Part shown: positions 63,606 to 64,000 of the stretch, piece by piece
Position numbering within the stretch: position 1 is the stretch's first letter
Layout: each line of letters starts with the position of its first letter
Assembly (NCBI GenBank): GCA_028534125.1
Contig: CM052832.1
Coordinates: 17,362,001-17,426,000, forward strand
Source: Lama glama
Lineage: Eukaryota
Direction: 5' to 3'
Length of the DNA stretch: 64,000 nt
Position numbers and translations under genes: made by a program
The notes under the pieces: generated by a model
The model's input: only the letters and a program-made list of their open reading frames with translations
Told to the model about the DNA's origin: nothing
The model's database searches: none

Positions 63606-63677
63606 GGGGGTATAGCTCAGTGGTAGAGCGCATGCTTAGCATGCATGAGGTCCTGGGTTCGATCCCCAGTACCTCCA
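63606..63677 (+). tRNA. tRNA-Ala(AGC), second isodecoder
   Basis: GGGGGTATAGCTCAGTGGTAGAGCGCATGCTTAGCATGCATGAGGTCCTGGGTTCGATCCCCAGTACCTCCA. All stems pair, G3:U70 present, T-runs downstream, no SINE tail. Confidence 0.93.
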
Positions 63678-64000
63678 CTTCACGTTTTGTTTTTATTCAC
63701 CTGCATTCCCTAAGATCTCTTGCTTCCTGAAACATCTTTGTCAAATTGATTTGTCTTGGCTGGAGCAGTTCTTTCTTAACCTCTCTGGGATGCAGGGAGG
63801 TAATTGTGCTCATTCATTAAAGTTTTGCCTTGTTAGTTCTATTACCGGCCCAATTTCTCTAAGCACTTTCAGCAGTCACTAGCACGTGGGCCACTGTCAA
63901 AGGTTATTTAAAAAAAAAAAAAAAAAAGCAAGTAGCAGTTTTCCCAAACACCCAATTTCCAGTTGTATGGAATCTGAAAGCAACAGCAAATGTGGGTGTG

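Overview
Mammalian genomic DNA, very probably a camelid: it carries four tRNA-Ala-derived SINEs of the vic-1 type. The window covers the extended-MHC class I tRNA cluster around TRIM27. It contains one complete protein-coding gene, TRIM27/RFP (+ strand, 8 coding exons, 1542 nt, 513 aa, RING-Bbox-coiled coil-PRY/SPRY). There are ten intact tRNA genes: Glu-CTC, Phe-GAA, Gln-CTG, two intron-containing Leu-CAA, Arg-CCG, three Ala-AGC and Ala-CGC. Also present are a decayed tRNA-Phe, a U6 retrocopy, a frameshifted SCAN-domain exon, an old ERV pol remnant, many LTR/L1/DNA-transposon fragments and two assembly gaps. The most striking element is a full-length but highly divergent 7SL (SRP) RNA copy at 5760-6058 (-). 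It has a T-run terminator instead of a poly(A) tail, keeps about 30 CpGs, and shows several compensatory base-pair changes. It therefore looks like a selected, variant SRP RNA gene rather than a dead retropseudogene. Repeat family names and comparisons with human sequences are from memory and were not searched.
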